Origin: Aquifex aeolicus VF5
Lineage (GTDB): Bacteria; Aquificota; Aquificia; Aquificales; Aquificaceae
NCBI RefSeq assembly: GCF_000008625.1
Contig: NC_000918.1
Span: 1,440,001-1,472,000, forward strand
DNA length: 32,000 bases
Direction of reading: 5' to 3'
In this document: positions 1-8,817 of the stretch, piece after piece
Layout of the letters: every line of letters begins with the position of its first letter
How positions within the stretch are numbered: position 1 is the first letter of the stretch
The notes under the pieces: model-generated
Told to the model about the DNA's origin: nothing
Seen by the model: the letters and a program-made list of their open reading frames with translations, nothing else
The model's database searches: none
Program-made: the position numbers and the translations under genes

Positions 1-1113
1 GAGATGGTATTTGACGAGAGCGGAAACCTGAAGGCTTACGACATTTACGAGAGCGTTATAAGGAGCAAGGCACGCCTCACTTACAACGAAGCCCTTGCCC
101 TTATAGTGGGAGATCCAGCCCTTGAGAAGAAGTTCCCCAACCTCGTAGAGCCTCTAAGGATGATGGAGACCCTTTACAGGATTTTGAGCAGGAAAAGGTG
201 GGAGATGGGGAGTATAGACTTTGACCTCCCCGAGGCGGAGGTTATCGTTGATGAATACGGTGAGCCCACCGCTATATACCCCTACGAGAGGCACGTAGCC
301 CACAGGATAATTGAACACTTTATGATATCTGCAAACGAGACGGTAGCCCTGCACCTTGAACACGCAGGATACCCTTGCCTTTACCGTGTTCACGAACCGC
401 CAGACGAAGAAAAGGTAGAAAACCTCTTGGAAATCCTCGAAGGACTCGGATATAAAGTGAAGCGTCCACACGAGTACACTCCCAAGTTCTTCCAGAAGAT
501 AATAGAGGACTTTGAAGGAAGACCAGAAGAAAACCTTGTCAGGTTTCTCACCTTAAGAGCTATGGCGAGGGCAAAGTACAGCCCTCACAACGTGGGACAC
601 TTCGGACTTGCCCTTGAACACTACGCCCACTTTACCTCTCCCATCAGGCGTTATCCAGACATAATAGTCCACAGACTCCTCAAGAAAGCCCTGAGAGGTG
701 AGGAGATAGACTACGAGAAGACCTTGGCCTACCTCGAAGAGGCGGGAAACCACCTTTCCAAGCAGGAGAGGATAGCGGACGAGGCGGAAATGGAAGCGAT
801 AGATTACCTCAAGGCGAGGTACATGAAGGGAAGGATAGGTGAAGAGTTCATCGGAATTATCACGGGAGTTGTTGCCTTCGGATTTTTCGTTGAACTTGAG
901 GAGAATCTTGTTGAGGGACTCGTGAAGATAAACACGCTCACGGACGATGAGTACGTATTTGACGAACCCGCTCACAGATTAGTTGGTGTGAGGACGGGAA
1001 AAGTTTTCAGACTCGGCGACCACGTGAAAGTAAGGTGCATAGCGGTGGACGAGGAAAGGGCAAGGGTGGAGTTTGAACTGATAGAAAAGCTTGAAAAACA
1101 CGAAACCTTATGA
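1..1113 (+). CDS. rnr: Ribonuclease R / VacB (RNase II-family 3'-5' exoribonuclease), C-terminal part; the 5' end lies upstream of the window
   Basis: Frame 1 is open from base 1 to TGA at 1111-1113. It carries the RNB-domain signature HFGLALEHYAHFTSPIRRYPDIIVHR and a C-terminal S1-like fold (GIITGVVAFGFFVEL...GDHVKVRCIAVDEERARVEFELI). Confidence 0.9.
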   Translation, partial: EMVFDESGNLKAYDIYESVIRSKARLTYNEALALIVGDPALEKKFPNLVEPLRMMETLYRILSRKRWEMGSIDFDLPEAEVIVDEYGEPTAIYPYERHVAHRIIEHFMISANETVALHLEHAGYPCLYRVHEPPDEEKVENLLEILEGLGYKVKRPHEYTPKFFQKIIEDFEGRPEENLVRFLTLRAMARAKYSPHNVGHFGLALEHYAHFTSPIRRYPDIIVHRLLKKALRGEEIDYEKTLAYLEEAGNHLSKQERIADEAEMEAIDYLKARYMKGRIGEEFIGIITGVVAFGFFVELEENLVEGLVKINTLTDDEYVFDEPAHRLVGVRTGKVFRLGDHVKVRCIAVDEERARVEFELIEKLEKHETL

Positions 1114-1128
1114 AAATTTTATAAATAA

Positions 1129-1695
1129 ATGTCTAAGGATAAGGAGAGGAGAAGGAAAATACTCCAGCTTTTGAAGGAAAGGGAAAGGACTCCTAAGGAA
1201 CTTGCCACCGTATTCAACGTATCCCTGATGACGATTTACAGGGATATAAAGGAGCTTGAAAAGGAAGGTCTCGTTGAGAGAAAACACGGAACCGTTTATC
1301 TGAAAAGGGAAACGGAGGACGGCAAGTGTGTTATATGTTCAAAGGAAGTGGACGAGAGGTTCAAGGTCGTCTTCTTTTTAAAAGAGGATAAAAAAGTCTT
1401 TGCATGCTGTCCTCACTGTGGATTGATGGCTTTTAAAAAGCTCGGCCCAAATATACAGTCCGCTCTGATGAGGGACTTTATAAGCTGTAATCCCGTTAAC
1501 GCCTTTACGAGCTGGTACGTGGTTGGAGCGGACATAAACCCTTGTTGCAGTCCTTCCGCCTTTTCCTTCAGTGCAAAGTACAACGCAGAACGTTTCGCCC
1601 AAGGGTTCGGAGGAAAGGTTTTGAACTTTGAAGACGCTGTTGAGGAAATAAACAGACTCATGAGCTTTGGAACGAGAGTAAAATTTAACTTATAA
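1129..1695 (+). CDS. Putative metal-sensing transcription regulator: N-terminal DeoR-type HTH fused to a Cys-rich TRASH/NosL-like domain
   Basis: 188-aa ORF. The HTH segment is RRRKILQLLKERERTPKELATVFNVSLMTIYRDIKELEKEGLVERKHG. Residues C67-X2-C70-X22-C93-X3-C97 (CVIC...CCPHC) fit the TRASH motif C-X2-C-X19-22-C-X3-C. The C-terminus (WYVVGADINPCCSPSAFSFSAKYNAERFAQGFGGKVLNFEDAVEEI) resembles the NosL-family core. Confidence 0.6.
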   Translation: MSKDKERRRKILQLLKERERTPKELATVFNVSLMTIYRDIKELEKEGLVERKHGTVYLKRETEDGKCVICSKEVDERFKVVFFLKEDKKVFACCPHCGLMAFKKLGPNIQSALMRDFISCNPVNAFTSWYVVGADINPCCSPSAFSFSAKYNAERFAQGFGGKVLNFEDAVEEINRLMSFGTRVKFNL

Positions 1696-2420
1696 TGGCT
1701 ACGGACTACCAAACCATCTACATACTGGGCGGGGGGATGCTTCTACAGGAGAGGAAGCTGGACGTTTCTACAAACAACATGGCAAACGTAAACACTCCCG
1801 CTTTTAAAAAAGACTACCTCACGGCGGTAAGCTATTACGTCCCGAACGGACAAAAGGTTCAAAACACAAACCCTTTTGAGCCTTCTAACAACTACGTCTA
1901 CCCGATAGTGAATGAAGTAATACCCGTGCTTTCTCAGGGAGCACTGGTCAAAACTGAAAATCCCCTCGATTTGGCCATAGAAGGTGAAGGCTTCTTTGCG
2001 GTAAGAGGTCCGAATGGCATCCTTTACACACGAAAGGGCATTTTCAGGATAAACGAAGAAGGATTCCTTACTACGGAGGAAGGGTATCAAGTTTTAGACG
2101 AAAACCTGAACCCTATACAAATTCAGGGGCAAAACGTGAAGATAACAAAGGACGGAACTATTTTTGTGGATGAAAATCCCGTGGGAAGGCTTGGCATATT
2201 TAACTTACAAAACATTCAGAAACTCGGAGAGGACTTCTTTCAAGGGAATCCTACTCCCGCAACAGATTACAGAGTTTATCAGGGATTTTACGAGGCTTCA
2301 AACGTAAACGCCGTGAAGGAAATGGTTAAGGTTATAGAAGCGGTAAGTGCACACGAGATATTTTCCAAACTCATACAAATGACGGACGAAGTCCAAGGAA
2401 AGTGGAATCAGTCCGTTTAA
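1695..2420 (+). CDS. Flagellar basal-body rod protein, FlgF/FlgG family
   Basis: 241-aa ORF. The N-terminal rod-protein motif is LDVSTNNMANVNTPAFKKDYL, and the C-terminal motif is YEASNVNAVKEMVKVIEAVSAHEIFSK. The ATG at 1695-1697 overlaps the upstream TAA (1693-1695) by 1 nt. Confidence 0.85.
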   Translation: MATDYQTIYILGGGMLLQERKLDVSTNNMANVNTPAFKKDYLTAVSYYVPNGQKVQNTNPFEPSNNYVYPIVNEVIPVLSQGALVKTENPLDLAIEGEGFFAVRGPNGILYTRKGIFRINEEGFLTTEEGYQVLDENLNPIQIQGQNVKITKDGTIFVDENPVGRLGIFNLQNIQKLGEDFFQGNPTPATDYRVYQGFYEASNVNAVKEMVKVIEAVSAHEIFSKLIQMTDEVQGKWNQSV

Positions 2421-4795
2421 GCTACGAAACTGAGCTCCATCTTGTCTCCGTACTTCTTTATGAGAAGTTTTTTAAGGTCCTGTAAGTTTTCAAGGTTCGG
2501 GTTGTTCTTGAGGAGTTCTTCTGCGTCTTTCCTAGCAACGCCGAGGAGTGCTCTGTCCTGACTCCTCGCCAGATTTGCCACCCTGAAGCCAAAGTACCCA
2601 GACTGGGAAACTCCTATAATTTCACCGGGACCTCTTAGCTTCAAGTCTTCCTCCGCTATCTTGAACCCGTCCGTGGTTTTTACAAAAACCCTTAATCTCT
2701 TTAGGGACTCGTTCTTCTCGTTCTTTATCTCGTCGGGAACTACCAAAAGGCAGTAAGCCTCCTTGTCGGAACGTCCGACCCTTCCCCTAAGCTGATGGAG
2801 TTGAGAAAGTCCGAACCTGTGGGCATCTTCTATCACCATAACCGTGGCTTCCGGAACGTCTATTCCCACCTCTATAACCGTCGTTGAAACGAGTATGTCT
2901 CCCTCCCTTTTGAACTCCTCCATAACTGCGAGTTTTTCTTTGTCTGGCATCTTTCCGTGGAGGAGGAGAACCTTTCTGTCGGGAAAGAGTTTTTTCCACC
3001 TTTCATACTCCTCCGTTGCCGCCTTAAGGTTGAGCTTTTCGCTTTCCTCAATTAGCGGGTATATCACGTAAACCTTGTTCCCTTTTTTTAGTTCTTCTTC
3101 AACCTTTTTGTAAACTTCTTCCTTCTGGCTTTCAAAGTATAGTTTGGTAATGACTTCCTTCCTTCCGGGAGGTAGTTCGTCTATTATGGATATGTCCAGA
3201 TCTCCGTATATGGATAGGGCAAGGGTTCTTGGAATTGGTGTTGCACTCATAACGAGACAGTGCGGGTAAAGTCCTTTTCCTTTCTCAAGGAGGAGTTTTC
3301 TCTGCATGACGCCGAACCTGTGCTGTTCGTCTATAATGACGTATCCTAAATTCTTGAACTCAACTTTGTCCTGAATTAGGGCATGCGTTCCAACAAGTAC
3401 GTGAATATTCCCTTCCTTTACGTGTTTGTAAACGCTCTTCTTTTGAGAGGGTGTCAGACTTCCGGTCAGGAGTGCTACGTTTACTCCGTAGTCTTTTAAC
3501 ATCTCGGAAAACTTTTTATAGTGCTGGTGGGCGAGAATTTCCGTGGGAACCATTACCGCTACCTGATAACCACTTTTTACCACCGCAAGGGATGTCAAGA
3601 TGGCGACAATAGTCTTACCGCTTCCCACATCCCCCTGAAGCAGTCTGTTCATTGGAACATCTCTTGAAAGATCTTCCAGAATCTCCTTTATGGCTCTTTC
3701 CTGTGCCCTTGTGAGTTTGAAGGGAAGTTTTTCAATAGCTTTTCTCAAGAACTTTTCATCTACGTTTACCTTGGGTGCTTTTTCCTTTTTTATTTCCTGT
3801 TTTTTAAGTAAAAGTGCGAGTTGGAAGAGAAATAATTCATCGTATATCACTCTTTTGTGGTAGAGGTCGGTAAATGAGTTTAAGGCGTTTACGGAAATGT
3901 CTTTGGGATTGTGTAGCTCTTTTATGCACAGGGCTATGTCGGGAAAGTTGTACTTTTCTATTAAGTAATCGGGCATATACTCGGGAAAGTACCTGTAAAG
4001 GCTTTCAGAGAGAGCAGTTAAAGCCGTTCTTACCCTCTTTTGTTTGGTTTTTGAAGATATCTCCTGAAGTTCCCCCCTTTTTCTCACGTAATAAACGGGA
4101 ATTATCTTTCCGAGTTCCTCGCTGGAAGGGGACTTCACTTCCGGGTGAACCATGTACTTTTCCCCTTTGAAGCTCTTCAGTTTTCCATAAACGACGATTT
4201 CCATTCCCTTTCTGAATGCCTTAAGGGCAAAGTGTGGGTTTTTGTAGCGGTACTTTAGCGTTATGTACCCAGTTCCGTCTGTGCAAACGACTTCCAGAGT
4301 GTAGCGCTCATTTTCCTTTATCTTTACCTCTTTTACCTTTACCTTCAGTGCTACCTTTTCACCGACTTTCGCGGTTTTTATTGAAGTGTTTAGTCTCTTG
4401 TCTTCGTACTTTTCGGGAAAGTAAAAGAGTGCGTCGTAAACGGTTTCGATTCCGAGAGCTTTTAAAGTGCTAATCTGAGTTTTTGTAAGGATTTTTACTT
4501 TTTCTATCGGATTGAAAAAGACGTCTATGGGTTTTCTCTTTGTCTTTTCAAGGAAGTTTCCCTCTTTCTTCCGTTTTTCATACTCCGAAAGGAACTTCCT
4601 TACTTCCCTCAGAACCGCTTTTTTCTTTTCAAAGGGAAGTTTGTCAACTTCTTTTAAGCTTTCCAGAATGTAATCGGGAGCGTCTTCCTTCAATTTATTG
4701 AAGAGGAAAATACCTACACCGATAGCTCTCTTCAACTTCAAACCGTCGTTTTCAAGGAGGTTGTCTATGAAGTCCTTTACAAAAGCGGTATCCAT
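2417..4795 (-). CDS. recG: ATP-dependent DNA helicase RecG (long form with N-terminal extension)
   Basis: 792-aa ORF with an OB/wedge region followed by SF2 helicase motifs: GDVGSGKT (Walker A), IIDEQHRFG (motif II), MSATPIPRT, QLHQLRGRVGR (motif VI). Confidence 0.95.
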   Translation of the reverse strand: MDTAFVKDFIDNLLENDGLKLKRAIGVGIFLFNKLKEDAPDYILESLKEVDKLPFEKKKAVLREVRKFLSEYEKRKKEGNFLEKTKRKPIDVFFNPIEKVKILTKTQISTLKALGIETVYDALFYFPEKYEDKRLNTSIKTAKVGEKVALKVKVKEVKIKENERYTLEVVCTDGTGYITLKYRYKNPHFALKAFRKGMEIVVYGKLKSFKGEKYMVHPEVKSPSSEELGKIIPVYYVRKRGELQEISSKTKQKRVRTALTALSESLYRYFPEYMPDYLIEKYNFPDIALCIKELHNPKDISVNALNSFTDLYHKRVIYDELFLFQLALLLKKQEIKKEKAPKVNVDEKFLRKAIEKLPFKLTRAQERAIKEILEDLSRDVPMNRLLQGDVGSGKTIVAILTSLAVVKSGYQVAVMVPTEILAHQHYKKFSEMLKDYGVNVALLTGSLTPSQKKSVYKHVKEGNIHVLVGTHALIQDKVEFKNLGYVIIDEQHRFGVMQRKLLLEKGKGLYPHCLVMSATPIPRTLALSIYGDLDISIIDELPPGRKEVITKLYFESQKEEVYKKVEEELKKGNKVYVIYPLIEESEKLNLKAATEEYERWKKLFPDRKVLLLHGKMPDKEKLAVMEEFKREGDILVSTTVIEVGIDVPEATVMVIEDAHRFGLSQLHQLRGRVGRSDKEAYCLLVVPDEIKNEKNESLKRLRVFVKTTDGFKIAEEDLKLRGPGEIIGVSQSGYFGFRVANLARSQDRALLGVARKDAEELLKNNPNLENLQDLKKLLIKKYGDKMELSFVA

Positions 4796-4796
4796 C

Positions 4797-7700
4797 TCAG
4801 AAATCGAATTCTCTTACATATCTTAATTTATACTCGCGGGTGTTGTCCGAGTAAACGTTAAAGCTAAAGCCGAGGTCAAGACTTCCTGGAGACCTTACCT
4901 CAGCCCCCCAGAAGGTGTCCTTTTTGTCCTTCGTTGAAGCCGTTTGATAATAGAGGGAGAAGTAACTGCCAAGTTTTTTCTTCAGTTTTACCAGAGCACC
5001 GACTTCACCAGTGGAACTGGTCTTTATACCTATTTCCACGTTAACGTCAAAAAGCCTTTCAATCGTTCCTTTAACGTACCCTAAGGCTTTGAGCTCGTTT
5101 GCAAGAACCGTACCCACAGGCAGTATCCCCTCGTTCACACCTCCGCTTATTAACTTAAAGAGGATCTGTTCCCTGCTGAGAGGTGGTTCCGAGAAGTAGT
5201 AAACACTCGGATTTTCAGGCGTTCCATGAACGAGCAGGAATATTTTATACCCGTCCGATACCGTATTCAGGTAAAAGTCAAACTCCGTAAGCTCCTTATC
5301 TTTTTCCTTTAGGAGTTTAACGGTACTCCTTTTTACGAAAAACTTTCTCCCGAAGTATTCCAGCCTTCCGGACTTTAAAACTACGTCTATCTCATAGTAA
5401 GGCTCGGGCAGTTTTCCGTAAATGCGACCGTTTAAAGCCGTGTAAACCCTACCTTCCGGTAGTTTAACTATTAATCCATTTTCAGTTTTGAAATTGATGT
5501 CCAGCGTAATCTCAACCGGTAAGGTCTTCTTTTCCTCTTCCTTTTTTTCCGGAAGTTTTTTTACTTTAACGTATCCATCGAGGAGGGTATCCAGGGTAAG
5601 GAATATCTCTTTAAAGTTTTTAACTACAACCTTCCCTTTTCCGTCCGCTTCTATCCTAGCCCTTATCCCGTCTTTTAATTTTACAGGTAGGTTTTTATAG
5701 ACGAATTCAACCTCAAAGTCCCTGAAATTTTTGGATATAGCGTAGGCGTTTAAGAAACCTTCTCTGAACCATCCCGTCAACGCAAAGGCGAAGAAGTCTT
5801 TTCTTAACTCAAGGTTCATAGCGCTACCGAAGGGCTCGTAAAAGTAAAGGGAGTTTATCCTAACGGGTTCGTCGTTTCTGGCAAGGAACTTAAGCTCGTT
5901 TCCATCAAACACAAACTCGTAATCCAGTTTACCGAACATCTGAGATTTCATCAAAGAACCTATGTGTTTGGAAAGCAAAGTTAAGTTTAGAGTTCCGGAG
6001 GATTTGAGGTATAGATTTCCTTTGTAAGCTATATTCAGGACTCCGTTAAGTACCCCTGTTATCTTAACGGGTTCAAAAGAAAAATTCTTTGTTGTTCCCA
6101 CACCTTTTGAGGGCGAAATACTCAAGAGTTTTTTGTCCAGAAGTGAGACATCAAGTCCTTTAAATTCTACAGAAAGATTTTCCTTTTCCAAGAATACATT
6201 TAAACCGTTGAACCTGTAATTAAACCTTTTTCCTCTCAATTGAGTAGGAAAGAGTGAAATTTTTACCTGATCTTCTTTGGTTTCAATCTTTCCCTTTATC
6301 TTTATTTTTTCCCTTAGAAGTGCGTAAAAAGCTTCAAAGTTTGCTTTAACATCTTTGTTCTTTATCTCTCCATTTAAAGAAATCCCGAACTCTTTTTTAT
6401 CAATCTTTCCATAAAATTCTCCAGATCTTCCAGAAATATAGTAAACCACTCTAAGAATTGAGTCCTTAGAAGCCCCGAATATCCTTAAGTTGTTATCAAG
6501 CAGTAAAAGTGAATACTTGAAATTTTCAAGAACGCTTTTTTCTTTAAAACGAACGTTTAATATCCCGTTTCCTTCTAAAGTAATTTTCTCATTTTTTTTA
6601 TTAAAATTAAACTCTAACTCAGTTTTTGCATATATATTGGATAAGTTAAGAGCTAAGTCCCCAAGCTTTCCTTTTGAGTTTATACTTTTTCCCTGAATTG
6701 AGAACTCAATACTTCCATGAGAAATTTTTATACTCTTTTCTTTTCCTTCTAAACTAAAGTTGTTCAACTGTATAAATCCTTTCAAATTATCAAACTTTCC
6801 TTTAACGAAACCAAAGGAATTTCCATAATAAACGAGTGCTTCAATTTCTTTATCTCTTATCTTTACATCAGAGGAAATTCTCTGCAAAGAGAAATCTCTA
6901 AATTGTCCATTATTTGCAAAAATTTTGGCTTCCATTTCGAATATTTTTCCTTTTTTAAACTTACCCTCTCCCGAAAGGTAAGCGTTGAAATCCTGAAATA
7001 CTACAGGAAAGTCATTAAAAGAAAATTCTCCTTCTAATTTATTCTTATTAATAATTAAATTCCCCTTCGCATAACCCGAGTTTTTAAACTCAAAATTTAA
7101 ACTTCCGTTTCCCGAAAAGTTGTAGGAAAATAAGACATCACCTTTAAATTTTTTATCAATAACCTCTAAGTTTTCCGTAAAAGCGTTAACTTTAACAAAC
7201 ATTTTCTTGAAGTCTACCTTTCCGTTTCCGTGGAACTCCCCTCTTATTTCTCTGTTTATCCCGAGAGTATTTTTATCCACTACGAGGTTTTCAAAGGAAA
7301 ATGTAAGCAATCCTTCGGGGATTACATCGTAAGTGAATTTTATCTTAGTTCCTTCAGGGTTTACTGCTTCCCCTTTCAAGAAAAGCTTATCAAATAACTC
7401 GTAATTTCCCTTTACTATCCCCTCAATAGATCCGTAGTTTTTATTCCTTACGATTAAATCTTTTACAAATGCCTTTGCATTTATGTCCAGAACCGGGAGG
7501 TTTATCGTACCCTTTGCGTTTATCTTCGTCCCAGAAAGGGTAAAGTTTTCTTTTCTAATTTCTTTTATCTCCACTTCGGCTAGGATTTCTCCCGTATTTC
7601 TCTTTATTTCTCCCTTTGTTTTTGCAGAAAAATACTCACTGTCGAGCAATAAATCTTTAAGGGTTAAGGTATCCCTTTGGATTTTTGCTTTAATACTTCC

Positions 7701-8147
7701 GTTTAATGTGAAGCTTCTTAAATTTGTGTATAAAAATTCTCCTTCTAATTCGTTATTTATCAAACTTGCGTCTTTTACAATAACTCTGTTTACTCCTCCT
7801 TCATTCCCCGTCCATACATCCAAGTGCCCGATTTTCAGGTTAATTGGAATTTCCCGAATCGGAATATTTTTCAGTAAAAATTTTTTCTTTTTCTTTCTCT
7901 TTTTAAAACTAACAACTACCACTTTTCCCTTTTCAATTTTTATAATTTTCTCGAATTTAATGTCTTTAAAATTCAGGTATAAATTTAAACCGAAAAATCT
8001 CTCAAGGTTAAGAATTAATTCTTTTACAGTTCTGGTTCTAATATCTAAATCTAAATCTAAGTAAAAGTTCTTCTTTCTCAGAAAATCGTAAACGAACAGG
8101 GAAAATAAGGTAAATAAAAACAAAAGGAAGGTAAGGAAAAAGCGCAT
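4797..8147 (-). CDS. Large envelope protein, TamB/AsmA-like (translocation and assembly module, DUF490-type C-terminus)
   Basis: 1116-aa ORF with a single N-terminal TM anchor (MRFFLTFLLFLFTLFSLFVYDFL). The body is long, K/N/F/G-rich and strand-like. The C-terminal segment VHGTPENPSVYYFSEPPLSREQILFKLISGG resembles the TamB C-terminal domain. The stop lies 1 nt from the recG start. Confidence 0.65.
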   Translation of the reverse strand: MRFFLTFLLFLFTLFSLFVYDFLRKKNFYLDLDLDIRTRTVKELILNLERFFGLNLYLNFKDIKFEKIIKIEKGKVVVVSFKKRKKKKKFLLKNIPIREIPINLKIGHLDVWTGNEGGVNRVIVKDASLINNELEGEFLYTNLRSFTLNGSIKAKIQRDTLTLKDLLLDSEYFSAKTKGEIKRNTGEILAEVEIKEIRKENFTLSGTKINAKGTINLPVLDINAKAFVKDLIVRNKNYGSIEGIVKGNYELFDKLFLKGEAVNPEGTKIKFTYDVIPEGLLTFSFENLVVDKNTLGINREIRGEFHGNGKVDFKKMFVKVNAFTENLEVIDKKFKGDVLFSYNFSGNGSLNFEFKNSGYAKGNLIINKNKLEGEFSFNDFPVVFQDFNAYLSGEGKFKKGKIFEMEAKIFANNGQFRDFSLQRISSDVKIRDKEIEALVYYGNSFGFVKGKFDNLKGFIQLNNFSLEGKEKSIKISHGSIEFSIQGKSINSKGKLGDLALNLSNIYAKTELEFNFNKKNEKITLEGNGILNVRFKEKSVLENFKYSLLLLDNNLRIFGASKDSILRVVYYISGRSGEFYGKIDKKEFGISLNGEIKNKDVKANFEAFYALLREKIKIKGKIETKEDQVKISLFPTQLRGKRFNYRFNGLNVFLEKENLSVEFKGLDVSLLDKKLLSISPSKGVGTTKNFSFEPVKITGVLNGVLNIAYKGNLYLKSSGTLNLTLLSKHIGSLMKSQMFGKLDYEFVFDGNELKFLARNDEPVRINSLYFYEPFGSAMNLELRKDFFAFALTGWFREGFLNAYAISKNFRDFEVEFVYKNLPVKLKDGIRARIEADGKGKVVVKNFKEIFLTLDTLLDGYVKVKKLPEKKEEEKKTLPVEITLDINFKTENGLIVKLPEGRVYTALNGRIYGKLPEPYYEIDVVLKSGRLEYFGRKFFVKRSTVKLLKEKDKELTEFDFYLNTVSDGYKIFLLVHGTPENPSVYYFSEPPLSREQILFKLISGGVNEGILPVGTVLANELKALGYVKGTIERLFDVNVEIGIKTSSTGEVGALVKLKKKLGSYFSLYYQTASTKDKKDTFWGAEVRSPGSLDLGFSFNVYSDNTREYKLRYVREFDF

Positions 8148-8155
8148 TTATTTTC

Positions 8156-8791
8156 TTATTCTACACCCATCATCTTTAGGTGAATCTTTATCTTGTGAAG
8201 TAGGTCTGCGGGGTTCTTAACGGGGTACTCTATCTTTTCTACCACTTCTTCGGCGGGCATACCTTTTATTACTACACCCTTGACCTTTTCCTTAAGTTCC
8301 TCAGGGGAGTTAATGGGGAAGTGAGTTCCTTTTATCTTCTTGAGTAGCAGGTATGCCCAGGGAACTTCTAGAGCTTCGGCGGCCATCGTACAGAACTCGA
8401 GGAATACCTTGGGCTCTTCTCCTTCTTTGACTTTCTTGTAGGCGAGTTTTGCTATACCGCCTGCGGTGTGAACTCTGAGTTCTTTCTTTTCTTCCTTCGT
8501 AAGTTCGTCTATGTGCTGTATCTTGTAAAGGGCGAGTTCAGGGTCGGCTCTCAAGATATTTCTGACGGTCTGTCTCGTGAGTCCTACGAGTTCGGCGATT
8601 TCTTCCTCTGTTTTTAGAAACTCTTCCCTGTAAACGATAACGAACGCAGCCCTCGCAAGGGAAGGTAACCACGTTAGAGTCCTGTACTCGGCGAGCTTGT
8701 GAAGCCCTCCCAGAAGGTCAATAGCTTTGAGAAATACTCTCGTGACTAAAGACTCAACGTCAACCTCTACGGGTTGAACCTGTACTACCAT
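8156..8791 (-). CDS. HTH-domain protein of unknown function (putative regulator)
   Basis: 211-aa ORF preceded by a strong SD (AAGGAGGTGGAAC-ATG on the minus strand). The HTH-like segment is EEEIAELVGLTRQTVRNILRAD. I recognise no other domain. Confidence 0.55.
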   Translation of the reverse strand: MVVQVQPVEVDVESLVTRVFLKAIDLLGGLHKLAEYRTLTWLPSLARAAFVIVYREEFLKTEEEIAELVGLTRQTVRNILRADPELALYKIQHIDELTKEEKKELRVHTAGGIAKLAYKKVKEGEEPKVFLEFCTMAAEALEVPWAYLLLKKIKGTHFPINSPEELKEKVKGVVIKGMPAEEVVEKIEYPVKNPADLLHKIKIHLKMMGVE

Positions 8792-8817
8792 GTTCCACCT
8801 CCTTATTTTTCTTGGTG

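Noticed and set aside
7878-7905. T/A-rich tract (aaaaattttttctttttctttctcttttt) as a possible slipped-strand phase-variation switch in the TamB-like gene.
   Set aside because: The tract is interrupted by C residues, with no long pure homopolymer. It simply encodes the KKRKKKKKF linker after the N-terminal TM anchor.
7483-8064. 193-aa plus-strand ORF inside the TamB-like gene. Similar long antisense ORFs occur at 11646-12101, 12458-12874, 13938-14303, 19668-20357, 22805-23251 and 29662-29994.
   Set aside because: All lie antisense to genes with clear homology motifs. Their translations are low-complexity (S/F/L/P/R-rich) with no motifs or SDs, as expected for shadow ORFs.
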